From positions 608,001 to 672,000 of the forward strand of contig JBGARZ010000001.1 in the NCBI GenBank assembly GCA_044229975.1: a DNA stretch of 64,000 bases, given 5' to 3'. Under the pieces are notes generated by a model, which was not told the DNA's origin, searched no databases, and saw only the letters and a program-made list of their open reading frames with translations. Below, in pieces: positions 29,128 through 38,544 of this stretch (within the stretch, counting starts at the first letter, position 1; each line of letters begins with the position of its first letter). This DNA comes from Polyangiales bacterium (GTDB lineage: Bacteria; Myxococcota_A; Polyangia; Polyangiales; Ga0077539). Made by a program: the position numbers and the translations under genes.

Positions 29128-30242
29128 CGAACGTCGAGGCCCCGCTCGTGGCGGAGGCGATAGAGCATGTCGCCGCCATAGCGCTTCACGGTGCCGGAGC
29201 GACCGACCACGCCGAGGTGATACCCAGCGATCTGGTCCCGGTGCCCGTCGCCCGCCTTGAGCACGGCGTCGAGAGCTTCGAGACTGTGGGTCGTGGCGAA
29301 GAGCTGCACGTCGTACTCGTGACACGCCTCGACGAGCCACCCGAACACCCCGCCGAGCGCCGAGACGTGGATCGCCGTCTCGAGTTCATCAATCAGCAAC
29401 ACACCACCGCGCAATGGAGGGAGCGTGAGCGCATACATGAGCGCGCGGCGTACCCCGTCGCCGAAGGCTGAGATCGGCACGAGGCCCTGCGTGGCATGAC
29501 GCAGGTACAGGCGCGGCTGCGTGCCCGTTGGAGAGAGGATCACGAGGTCGCGGATGTTGTCGTCGACGCGCCGAATGAGGTCGATGACCGCCGGCTTGAA
29601 GTCGCCGAAGTGGGCTTCGGAGAGCTGCTGAAGCTGCAAGCGCTCGATGCGGTGCGAGAACGGGGTGACGGTCGCGCTGGGCAACGAGGGGTGCTTCGCC
29701 CCCCGCTGCCGGGTGATGAACTCGTCCTCCCAGAACTGGAAGGTCTCGTGCTCCTCACCAACGAGATTGATCGGCAGACCCTCCGCGGAGAGCGACAGCA
29801 ACAAGCCACGTTGCGGCGCAAGGAACATCTCAAATTCGGGTTGTTGTCCTATCCTCAGGGGCACCTGTGACGCCCTCCGAGGCGCGCCTTCATTCTCTTC
29901 GAGCAAGCCCCTCGAAGCTCGAACGGGGAAACTGCCAGTCCCCAGGACCTCGGTCCGGAACACCTGGGTGCCCCTCGCCTCGTCTTCATCGACGAGTTGA
30001 GGGAACATCCACTTGAGCGACTCCAATCGCGTGCCACGAGCGGACCCGACCTCGCGACGCCACGCGGTCGTCGCCCACTCCAACGGATCCAACGGCCGAC
30101 AGAAGGTCGCGACCGCCTCCAACACGCTCGTCTTGCCCGAGTTGTTCGCCCCCACCAACAGATTGACGCGAGCGAGACGCGCCAGCTCAACGTCCCGAAG
30201 GCCCCGAAACGCACGGATCGTCAACGACTCCAACGCGTTCAC
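29124..30242 (-). CDS. ABC-type (AAA_15/AAA_21-like) ATPase
   Basis: GANNSGKTS, FGDG, LLIDELETAIH, ATTHS. Confidence 0.92.
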   Translation of the reverse strand: MNALESLTIRAFRGLRDVELARLARVNLLVGANNSGKTSVLEAVATFCRPLDPLEWATTAWRREVGSARGTRLESLKWMFPQLVDEDEARGTQVFRTEVLGTGSFPVRASRGLLEENEGAPRRASQVPLRIGQQPEFEMFLAPQRGLLLSLSAEGLPINLVGEEHETFQFWEDEFITRQRGAKHPSLPSATVTPFSHRIERLQLQQLSEAHFGDFKPAVIDLIRRVDDNIRDLVILSPTGTQPRLYLRHATQGLVPISAFGDGVRRALMYALTLPPLRGGVLLIDELETAIHVSALGGVFGWLVEACHEYDVQLFATTHSLEALDAVLKAGDGHRDQIAGYHLGVVGRSGTVKRYGGDMLYRLRHERGLDVR

Positions 30243-30345
30243 GTTGACCTCATCAGAGGACTCGCTCCGTTCGTGTGCCCGGTTCTCATCGCCGCAACGA
30301 CTGTACTACCGCTCGTCGCGCCACCGCGCGCACTTCAGTCCGACG

Positions 30346-31167
30346 TCACCGCCCAGCGAGCAGCGCCTGCACCCGACGACCCTCGTCGGTCAGCGCCCGC
30401 TTCGGCCCGCCTTCCTCCACGAACAACCCCTCCAGCGGCCCGATGAACACCGCGTCGAACCCGCCGCCGAGCGCGTCGTCGTTGACCGACTCGCAGCGCC
30501 CGAAGCGCGGCCCCTCACTCGCGCGATCGTTGAGATCGGTCTCGATCGCGTCGAGCCCCGCCTCGGCCAGCGCGGCCCTGAACTCCGCCTGCGTCCCCGT
30601 CGTCACCAGCGTCCCCGGTCGCGCCGCGCGCACCGCGTCCGCGCTCGCCCGCAGGAAGCCCGCCAGCGCGGGCCACGTCACCCCGTCGCCGATGAGCGCC
30701 TCGGGCGCGTGCATCAGCTCCACCGCCAGCGTCACGTCCGCGCTCAGCGCCCGCGCGATGGGCGCCGCGACCCGCTCCGCGAAGCGCTCCGGCGCCGCCA
30801 CCAGCTCGCGATAGAACGCCCGGTCTTCCGCCCCGTCGGCGTTGCCGTCGAGCAGCGTCCACACCACGCGCAGCCCCGTGAGCCGCGCGCCGTCCTCCAC
30901 GGCCTTCACCGCGTCGAGCAGCGCCGGGTGAACGCCCTCCACCGCACCATCGCGCGTGACGATGCCTTCGCCCGCTTCGCACAGCCACACGCGCACGGCC
31001 TCGAAGCCCAGCTCGCGCGCCTCGACCAGCGCGCCGTACGCCTTGAAGGCGTCGAAGTCCGACGGCCACCCGTCGCGTCGCTCGTTGGGCGCCATGTCGT
31101 GCCCGTAGGCGCCTGCAAACCACGGGAGCTCGACGCCCATCAACGGTCGGTTGGTCTGGTCAGTCAT
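30346..31167 (-). CDS. Glycoside-hydrolase (GH5/clan A)-like TIM-barrel protein, possibly degenerate
   Basis: GVELPWF..YGHD, GFEAVRVWL, ELMHAPE where NEP is expected. Confidence 0.55.
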   Translation of the reverse strand: MTDQTNRPLMGVELPWFAGAYGHDMAPNERRDGWPSDFDAFKAYGALVEARELGFEAVRVWLCEAGEGIVTRDGAVEGVHPALLDAVKAVEDGARLTGLRVVWTLLDGNADGAEDRAFYRELVAAPERFAERVAAPIARALSADVTLAVELMHAPEALIGDGVTWPALAGFLRASADAVRAARPGTLVTTGTQAEFRAALAEAGLDAIETDLNDRASEGPRFGRCESVNDDALGGGFDAVFIGPLEGLFVEEGGPKRALTDEGRRVQALLAGR

Positions 31168-32338
31168 CGTGCATGTCGATGGTGTTGCCCGACGGCGCCC
31201 CCACGCTCTTCTTCCGCGTCGGAATCCGCAACGGAACCACCCCCGACTCCACGCTCTCGCCCGCGAGAGAGCTCGCGAGCATGCCGGCGTTCCACTCGTC
31301 GTCCCAGGCGTAGTTGAAGCTGTTGCAGGCGACGCACTTCTTCTCCAACCCCTCGCGGACGATGTCGCGCGCGAGGTCGGTGGAGAGCGCGTCGATGAGG
31401 GAGTCGCTCTTGATGTTTCGCCCCTGGTGCCAGCACAGGTAGAAGCCGTGATCGCTGAAGCCGATGAACTTCTGCGGAATCTTGCAGCCGCCCGCGGGCC
31501 GGTAGCGCCGGTCTTTCCGCGCGTAGAGCGCGAAGTGGTCGAGCAGCAGCGTCTTCTCGTTGAACCAGGTATTGGTCTCGGCACACTCGCGCTCGATGCG
31601 AACCAACTGCGCGTGGGCGAGCGCCTCCTGCTCGCGCGTCATCTGGTACTGCGCCGTCTCGGGCACCACCTCGACGTGGGAGAAGCCGCAGTACGCGTAG
31701 CGGTGACCACCAATCCCCTGGATGTGCTTGAAGAGGTCGTAGAGCTGGTGGGCGTTGTCCTTCTGCATCACCGTGTTGGTGCCCCAGCAGAGCTTCGTCT
31801 CCGCCAGCCACGTGAGCGTGCGCTCGGTGCGCTTGAAGGTGCCCACCCGCTGCCGGATGTGGTCGTGCGTGTCGGCGAGACCGTCGACGGACACCGTCAT
31901 CGAGTCGAGCTGCGACAGGAAGTCGAGGCGCTCGCGCTTGATGAGCGTTCCGTTGGTGACGAGCTGCACCTTCACGCCGAGCGAAAACGCGTGCTCCAGA
32001 AGTTCGTAGATGGCCGGGTGCACGAAGGGCTCGCCGCCCGAAAACGACACCACCTCGACGCCCACCGCGACGGCCTCGTCGAGCGCGCGCTTGCAGACCT
32101 CCTTCTCCATGAAGAGCGTCTCGGAGGGCCGACGACACATCTGACAGGTGAGGTTGCAGTACTCGCTCAGCGCGATGTCCATGCGCGCGTACGACGTGAA
32201 CAGAACATCCTTCCCGCACGCCGGACACGCCTCGCGCTCCAGCGCCTCGCGGCCCGACATCGTGTGCGTCACCTTCGTCCCGCACGAGCACGCGCGGGTC
32301 TTGGTGGCGGTGGTCGACGCGCTTGGGGTAGCGCTCAC
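31160..32338 (-). CDS. Radical SAM protein with N-terminal Zn-ribbon-like and C-terminal Cys motifs
   Basis: CSCG..CPACG; CNLTCQMC; SGGEP; TNG; SVDG; C-terminal CKIP..C..CVAC. Confidence 0.92.
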   Translation of the reverse strand: MSATPSASTTATKTRACSCGTKVTHTMSGREALEREACPACGKDVLFTSYARMDIALSEYCNLTCQMCRRPSETLFMEKEVCKRALDEAVAVGVEVVSFSGGEPFVHPAIYELLEHAFSLGVKVQLVTNGTLIKRERLDFLSQLDSMTVSVDGLADTHDHIRQRVGTFKRTERTLTWLAETKLCWGTNTVMQKDNAHQLYDLFKHIQGIGGHRYAYCGFSHVEVVPETAQYQMTREQEALAHAQLVRIERECAETNTWFNEKTLLLDHFALYARKDRRYRPAGGCKIPQKFIGFSDHGFYLCWHQGRNIKSDSLIDALSTDLARDIVREGLEKKCVACNSFNYAWDDEWNAGMLASSLAGESVESGVVPLRIPTRKKSVGAPSGNTIDMHDD

Positions 32339-33354
32339 AGCGCGGCCTCGGCGAGCTCCGGCGACGCGGCGACGTGCGCGAAGGTCTCGACGTCCGAGCA
32401 GGCCGCGAGGCACCCCGGGCAGCGCTCGGTGAGGGCGAGCACCTGCAACTGCTTGTGGTGCCGCGAGTGCCAGATGTCGCGGATGCTGTCGTTGTAGACG
32501 TTGCCCAGGCGGTCGTTGTCCTGGCGCATGAAGAAGCAGGGGTAGACGTCGCCCGTGTAGTTCACGAGGAGAAACTTCGACGGCAGGTAGCAGCCGCCCG
32601 GTGGAATGGGCCGCTTGCCGTCGATGAGGTAGTCGGGAATCACCCCGAACATCGCCTCGGTGAAGATCTTCACGCCGCGCTCGCGGGCATGCTCGCGCAA
32701 GAACTCCAACCGGCGAATGAGCTCAGCGCGCTGCGGGCGCAGGAGCGAGAAGCGGTTGAGGTCCTTCTCGGGGCCAGAGATCTCCATCTGGAACGGCTGG
32801 AACGACACCTCGCCCACGCCGAGCTCGGCCGCGAGATCGACGAGCGCCGTGAGGTGCGGCAGCGTCTCGCGCAGGATCACCCCCGACAGCCCCACCCGCA
32901 CGCCGCGCGCGATGGCCTTGCGCACGGTGGCGACGCACTTGTCGTAGACGCCTTCGCCGCGCAGGTCGTCCTGCACTTCGCGCGGGCCGTCGATGGAGAC
33001 GTGGAGCTGCACCGACGGGCACTTCACCAGGCGGTCGAAGTGGGCGTCGGTGAGCATCGTCCCGTTGGTGACGATCTCCTGCATCGTGTAGCCGAGCGCG
33101 TGGGCGTACTCGACGATGTCGAGGAAGTCCTTGCGCATGAACGACTCGGCCCCGCACGGAACGAACGTCCGCGCACCAAGGGCGTAGGCGTCGTCGAGGA
33201 GCTTCTTGGCGAGGTCGAGCGGCACGCCGTGCTCGCGGATCTCCCACACGCTGCACATCTTGCACTGGAGGTTGCAGTACACGGTGAGCTCGACGGCGAG
33301 CTGATCGAGGGGGCGGGTGAGAACGCGTGCCGGGAGCAATGGTGCGAAGGACAT
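32335..33354 (-). CDS. Radical SAM protein with SPASM/twitch domain
   Basis: CNLQCKMC; TNG; SIDG; CYLP..GDVYPC..LGN..IW..CPGC..C. Confidence 0.93.
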   Translation of the reverse strand: MSFAPLLPARVLTRPLDQLAVELTVYCNLQCKMCSVWEIREHGVPLDLAKKLLDDAYALGARTFVPCGAESFMRKDFLDIVEYAHALGYTMQEIVTNGTMLTDAHFDRLVKCPSVQLHVSIDGPREVQDDLRGEGVYDKCVATVRKAIARGVRVGLSGVILRETLPHLTALVDLAAELGVGEVSFQPFQMEISGPEKDLNRFSLLRPQRAELIRRLEFLREHARERGVKIFTEAMFGVIPDYLIDGKRPIPPGGCYLPSKFLLVNYTGDVYPCFFMRQDNDRLGNVYNDSIRDIWHSRHHKQLQVLALTERCPGCLAACSDVETFAHVAASPELAEAAL

Positions 33355-33355
33355 C

Positions 33356-34306
33356 TCAGTCTCCAACCGCGCTCGCGGTGTTGTCGCTCGTCGAAGCCGC
33401 GCGGGACTCGCGCTCGCGGTCGCGCCGGCACCACGCGAGCACGAACTCGACGTCGTTGGCGTAGCCGTTTTTCACCCACGCGCCGCGCGCTTCGTCGCGC
33501 ACGAACCACCGCACGTCCTGCCGCACGAGGGCGGCGAGGGCGCGGTCGTGGGGGTACTTGTCCATGAAGTAGACCGAGTTGCGCACGTAGCTGTCGTAGG
33601 TGGGCGCGAGCTGCCGCACCTCGCAGCGAAACGGGTCGCGCGGCTTCGGGTCTTCGAGGTGCAACGCGCGGGCGGTGGGCGCCGCGACGACCTCGTAGCC
33701 CCGGGCGTGGAGCTGGTAGCCGTACTCGATGTCCTCCATGCCCCAGCCGACAAACCCCGAGTCGAAGCGCGGGAGCGAGGCCGACAGCGGCACCGAGAAG
33801 TTGCACGAGTACACGAAGAACCAGGGCGTCGCGTGCGCGGTGACGAGCGCCCCGTCGGCGCCGAGCACCTCGGTGCGGTCGTCGGGCTCGGACACCACGA
33901 TCTCGTCCCAGGTCGGCCGCTCGCGGTCGAACGCGAAGGTGCGATGGCGGTACCCGATGGCGACGCGCGGCGTGCTCGATGCGGCGTGGGCGCGGAGGTG
34001 CGAGGACACGAAGTCGGGCGCGACCAGCACGTCGTCGTCGAGGAAGATCACCACGTCGCCGATGGCGCGGGCGAGGCCCATGTTGCGCGCCTGCCCCGCG
34101 CGGAAGCCGCGGTTCTCCTGATGGCAGTACACGAGCGGGAGCGCGTCTGCGAACGAACGGGCCACGGCCGCGGTGTCGTCGGACGATCCGTCGTCGCAGA
34201 CGACCACGCGGGCGAGCGCGTCGCCGGTCTGCCCCGCGAGACAGCGCAACAGGCGCCCCAGGTGCGCCGAGCGGTTGAAGGTCGGGATGACCACCGTCGC
34301 CTTCAT
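33356..34306 (-). CDS. GT2 glycosyltransferase
   Basis: VVIPTFNR, DDGS, ARNMG, FLDDD, GWGMEDIE. Confidence 0.93.
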   Translation of the reverse strand: MKATVVIPTFNRSAHLGRLLRCLAGQTGDALARVVVCDDGSSDDTAAVARSFADALPLVYCHQENRGFRAGQARNMGLARAIGDVVIFLDDDVLVAPDFVSSHLRAHAASSTPRVAIGYRHRTFAFDRERPTWDEIVVSEPDDRTEVLGADGALVTAHATPWFFVYSCNFSVPLSASLPRFDSGFVGWGMEDIEYGYQLHARGYEVVAAPTARALHLEDPKPRDPFRCEVRQLAPTYDSYVRNSVYFMDKYPHDRALAALVRQDVRWFVRDEARGAWVKNGYANDVEFVLAWCRRDRERESRAASTSDNTASAVGD

Positions 34307-34417
34307 CCCACCGCCTCCGCTCGCCTGACCGTCTTCCATTGGGGTTCGTAGGTGCCGGTGGCCCACCGTCGCCAGCAGCGGCGGCGTTTGTATCACAACC
34401 CCGGTGGTCGTTCGCGG

Positions 34418-36586
34418 CTACGGTCTGACCAGCACCACCGTCGCCCCACTGCCTGCGACGGCCGCCTCCGCGACCGCGAGGTTGCCTTCCCCCACGACGG
34501 CCACCTCGTCGACGCGAACGTCCTCCATGGCGAGCCGCTTGAGGGTCTCGGCCAGCGCCGTCACCGTCTCATCGGCGACGATCACCCGCGCCGTGCGACG
34601 AACGCCCGCCTCCTTCAGCGCCGCGAAGCCCCGCTCGAAGCGCGCAAACGCCTCGGGCCGACGGGTGGCCCGCGCGAAGGTCTCGTGGTCGAAGCCGTAG
34701 ACCTCCACCGTGACCTGATCGAGCCCTGCCTCGCGCGCGGCCTGCGCCAGCGCTCCGTCGCCAAACGGAACGGCCGTCGTCTGCACCGTCGCCCACCGCA
34801 CGCCCGCGCGCCGCGCCTCGCGCAGCAGCGTGAGGAAGCCGGGGTGCTCCGCGGGTTCGCCACCGAGGATGTAGATCTGCGTCGCGCCCACCTTGCGGAC
34901 GTATTCGAGGCGGTCGAGCACCTCGCGCGTCGACATGCCCCCGGGCTGCACCCGGTGCAGCGCGCGGTGAAACGGGACGTCGAGTGACGAAGCGCCACCC
35001 ACCTCGACGCCCACGCACGAGGGTCGCCCGCAGGTCTCGTCGACGTCCGAGAGCGACTGCGCATGGAAGCGCTCGATGACCGGGTCGCCTGGGTGGAGCG
35101 ACCGCAAGCGATCGAGGTTGGTGAGGTATCCCGCGAAGCGCTCGCGCGTCGGTGACGGGTGGCGGAAGGGGTTGCGGGGCGGTCCTTCGGTGGGGTCGAC
35201 GAGGTGGTAGCCGACGGCGAAGCGACCGAAGACCCAGGTGGCGCCGGCGCGGTGCAGTCGATACCCGAGGTCGATGTCTTCGAGGCCCCAGCCCGTGAAG
35301 TCCTGCGCGAACCCGCCGATCTCCGTGAGCAGCGCGCGAGGCAGCGACAGGTTGCCCGTGTACGCGAGGCGCCACGGCTCGGCGAGCCAGTCGATGTTGT
35401 CGAGGCATCCACGCAGCGTGGGCTCGCGCGAGCGATCGGGAATCACCGCCAGCGCTCCGTCGGGGTCGTCGACACCGCGCAGGTCGTCGAGCGTGTGGAC
35501 GAAGCCCGCGTCGTGGAGGTTGTAGCCGGAGAGGTAGCCCAGCACGACGGCGCGCGGCGCGCGGCGATGAACCCAGTCGAGGGCCCATAGGTAGTCGCGG
35601 CCCACCACCACGTCGGCATCGAGGAAGGCCAGCGTGTCGAAGCGTGCTTCCGCCGCGCCTCGCTGCCGCGCGCGCCCCGCGCCGAAGACCCCGCGCTCGC
35701 CCGCATCGGAGACGAGCCGCACGTTGGCGGGTGCGCCCGCGAGCGCCACGGAGAGATCATCGCGCGATCCGTCGTCGACGACGAGCACCTCGAAGCGGTC
35801 GTCGGGGTAGCTCTGCGCGCCCAGACGTCGCACCACTTCGGCGAGAATCTCCACGCGATCACACGCCGGGATCACCACCGAGATGGCCACCGGTGGACCA
35901 TCGAGCGGACGCACCAGGCCGAGCGCCTCCTGCCCATCGAGTCTCGGGATGGCCAGCGCGTCGCCGTCCCAGCGCAGCGTGTCGGAGACGGTGAAGGCAG
36001 CTCGATAGCCAGCGCGTCGCACGGCCTCGCGTGCGGCGGGGGGTGCCTCGCCGTAGGGGTACGCGAAGAGGGCGACGTCGACGCCGAGCTCGCGCTGCAT
36101 CACCTCGCGGGAGCGGGCGCACTCCTCGTCGAGGCGGGCGGCGTACGCGGCGGCGTCTTCGTCGTAGAGGCGCCAGCTCATGCGGGGGTGCGTGACGGTG
36201 TGGGAGCCGAGGGTCCAACCGAGATCGCGCAGGGCGCGGAGCTCGTCCCAGGAGAGAAACTCATCGCTGGTCCCGACGCTCCCGGTCGGCACGAAGAGTG
36301 TCGCGGGGACGTCGAGCGAGCGCAGCAAGGGCGCGGCGTGGGTGAGCACCGAGCGCTGGGCGTCGTCGAAGGCGAGGGCGTAGCGGTCGGCGGAGAGCGG
36401 CGCTCGGAGGTACTCGTCGAGCGCGGCGGGACGGCGGCCCTCGACGGCGAAGCGCTCCACGGCGGCGCGGAGCTGCGCGGGCGTCACCGCGAGGCGACGG
36501 CCGGACGAGGCGGGTTCGACGTAGTGGAGACAGAGGTTGAGCGCGGTGTTCATGGCGACTGCGGAGGGGGCGGACGATGCCGCCAT
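34418..36586 (-). CDS. Fusion: polysaccharide deacetylase (NodB) + GT2 + degenerate radical-SAM-like domain
   Basis: AFDD, GSHTVTH, FAYPYG; VVIP, DDGS, FLDAD, GWGLED; C-terminal GGEP barrel lacking CxxxCxxC. Confidence 0.88.
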   Translation of the reverse strand: MAASSAPSAVAMNTALNLCLHYVEPASSGRRLAVTPAQLRAAVERFAVEGRRPAALDEYLRAPLSADRYALAFDDAQRSVLTHAAPLLRSLDVPATLFVPTGSVGTSDEFLSWDELRALRDLGWTLGSHTVTHPRMSWRLYDEDAAAYAARLDEECARSREVMQRELGVDVALFAYPYGEAPPAAREAVRRAGYRAAFTVSDTLRWDGDALAIPRLDGQEALGLVRPLDGPPVAISVVIPACDRVEILAEVVRRLGAQSYPDDRFEVLVVDDGSRDDLSVALAGAPANVRLVSDAGERGVFGAGRARQRGAAEARFDTLAFLDADVVVGRDYLWALDWVHRRAPRAVVLGYLSGYNLHDAGFVHTLDDLRGVDDPDGALAVIPDRSREPTLRGCLDNIDWLAEPWRLAYTGNLSLPRALLTEIGGFAQDFTGWGLEDIDLGYRLHRAGATWVFGRFAVGYHLVDPTEGPPRNPFRHPSPTRERFAGYLTNLDRLRSLHPGDPVIERFHAQSLSDVDETCGRPSCVGVEVGGASSLDVPFHRALHRVQPGGMSTREVLDRLEYVRKVGATQIYILGGEPAEHPGFLTLLREARRAGVRWATVQTTAVPFGDGALAQAAREAGLDQVTVEVYGFDHETFARATRRPEAFARFERGFAALKEAGVRRTARVIVADETVTALAETLKRLAMEDVRVDEVAVVGEGNLAVAEAAVAGSGATVVLVRP

Positions 36587-37743
36587 CACCACGCCGGTGT
36601 CACGGGGGAGTGAGACCTCCCGCCCAGGGTGCCGTTGCCGAGCGCGCCGTACACGTTGCTTCCCCAGCACCGGACCGAGCGATCGCGCAGCAACGCGCAG
36701 GCGAAGCCCTCCGCCGCGACCAGCGTGTCCACGTCGGCACCGAGCTCCACCAGCGTCTCGCGGGGGATCACCTGCTCGTCGACGTCGCCCAGCTGGAGCT
36801 GCCGGGTATCGTTGCGCCCCGCCGCAACCCAACGCCCATCGCGGCCGTGCGCGAAGGTGGAGCCGCCGCCCGCGAACACCTGCGTGACGTCGCGTGCGAA
36901 GTCCGAGCGCGTCGCTCGGAAGGCGTCCGCCACGTTGCCCACCATGAGCTGACCGTACTCGTTGGCCCCCCAGCACCAGAGCACCGACGCGCCGTCGACC
37001 GCGCACGCGTGCTCGCTGCCGCTGGACAACCCGACCGCCCCGGCGAGCCCGTCGACCTCGTTGATGCCGCGGTCGTCGACCGCCGTCACCAGGCCGCGCT
37101 GCCCGCGCTCGTTGCGACCGAAGCACGACACCCGACCGTCTTCCCGCAGCGCGCAGAACCCGTCACGCAGCGCGCCGACATCGCGCACTCGCGGCAGCCC
37201 CGGGAAGGGCTCCGTCGCTGCACCATGGCCCTCCCAGCAGACGACCGCGCCCGTCTCGCGGAGCGCGCACGCCTGGCCCGCACCCACGGCGATCTGCCGT
37301 GCGTCGACGAGACCCGCAACCGTGGTCGGTCCACCGGGAGTGACCTTTCCCGCCGAGGCGTCGGCGAGCCCCCAGCACTGCACGACACCGTCGGCGCGGC
37401 GACCGCAGGTGCGGCCCCAGCCCGCCGTCACCGCGACCGCCGTGACGCCCTCCACCCGCCGCGGTCGGGCGATGGCACTGTCGACGAGGTCGGGCGCCGA
37501 CTCGCCGCGGAGGTTGGACCCCCAGCACCAGACCGCGTGGGCCTCGTCGACGGCGCACACGTGCCTGCCCGACGCCGAGAGTTGCACGATGCGCGGCGCA
37601 CACCCGCATTCCGCCGCGTCGGCGCGCGCGGCGGGGGCGTCGACGGAGGCGTCACCCGCGAGCACCGGGAGCTGCGCGCACGCCGCGACAGTCGCCGCCC
37701 AACCGACGACGGCGAGGCGGAGCGGGCTCGGCCGACGCGACAT
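36586..37743 (-). CDS. RCC1/BLIP-II repeat lipoprotein
   Basis: Repeated HxCA..CWG.N..G motifs; VAAC lipobox; TGA overlaps next ATG. Confidence 0.88.
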   Translation of the reverse strand: MSRRPSPLRLAVVGWAATVAACAQLPVLAGDASVDAPAARADAAECGCAPRIVQLSASGRHVCAVDEAHAVWCWGSNLRGESAPDLVDSAIARPRRVEGVTAVAVTAGWGRTCGRRADGVVQCWGLADASAGKVTPGGPTTVAGLVDARQIAVGAGQACALRETGAVVCWEGHGAATEPFPGLPRVRDVGALRDGFCALREDGRVSCFGRNERGQRGLVTAVDDRGINEVDGLAGAVGLSSGSEHACAVDGASVLWCWGANEYGQLMVGNVADAFRATRSDFARDVTQVFAGGGSTFAHGRDGRWVAAGRNDTRQLQLGDVDEQVIPRETLVELGADVDTLVAAEGFACALLRDRSVRCWGSNVYGALGNGTLGGRSHSPVTPAW

Positions 37744-37804
37744 CGCAGGGATGCTACACGCCGGGGCGCGGCGTCGTGATTCGGGCGTGATAGGTATGCC
37801 GATC

Positions 37805-38350
37805 ATGTCGGCGGCGCGGCTCACGGCTCGGTCTCGGGGTTGGCTTTCGGTGCTGCTGGTGGCGGTCGGGTGCTCGACGGTTCCGACCCTCAGCACGCAG
37901 CGCGCCGACGCGGGCGGGACCGACACGAGCGTGCCAGACGTCGTCACCAAGGACGTCGCGGTCGAGGACACGCCGACACCGACCGTCGACGCACCAGACC
38001 CCTATGGACAGTGCGGGGAGATGGCCTATCAGGCGCTCTGCGCGTGCACGACGATCGCCGACGTGGCGGAGCTCGGGCGCTGCCAGCAGCGGGTGTTCGC
38101 GCGGTTTCCGGAGTGCTCGCGGTGCCTCAGCGTGACCATCTCGCGCGGATGCTGCGAGGAGACCTACGAGGCCACGCAGGCCTGCGCGACGACCCACGCG
38201 TGCGGCGATCAGCCGTGCATCGATGCTCACTGCGGCGAGGAGTCGGCGGCGTTCATCCGGTGCCAGATGACGGCGCAGGCGCTGCCGTCGTGCCAGGCGG
38301 CGCTGCGGGTGTGCATCGCGGACTTCCCACGATTGATGATGTGCCCGTGA
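37805..38350 (+). CDS. Cys-rich lipoprotein
   Basis: AVGC lipobox, multiple Cys. Confidence 0.65.
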   Translation: MSAARLTARSRGWLSVLLVAVGCSTVPTLSTQRADAGGTDTSVPDVVTKDVAVEDTPTPTVDAPDPYGQCGEMAYQALCACTTIADVAELGRCQQRVFARFPECSRCLSVTISRGCCEETYEATQACATTHACGDQPCIDAHCGEESAAFIRCQMTAQALPSCQAALRVCIADFPRLMMCP

Positions 38351-38433
38351 GCGTGGCGCCCACGCCACGACCGACGCGCCGGCGCACCGACGCGCCGACG
38401 TTGATTCCACCGCACACTGCGCGCCCGCGACGG

Positions 38434-38449
38434 TGGCACGGCCCCTGAT
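38434..38449 (+). promoter_or_regulatory. Possible sigma54-like promoter upstream of the kinase
   Basis: TGGCACGGCCCCTGAT: good -24 element, but -12 is GA rather than GC. Confidence 0.3.
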
Positions 38450-38544
38450 GGAGCCGCTCCCATCACAAGCCTGCGAGGACCCCATGAAGCACCCCCCGCC
38501 CTCCCCCATCACCACGCCTCGTCACGCTGCGGGAGTCGCGCGCC

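Noticed and set aside
30346..37743. RiPP interpretation of the radical SAM pair
   Set aside because: No precursor peptide, RRE/PqqD domain, peptidase or exporter seen; context is sugar enzymes
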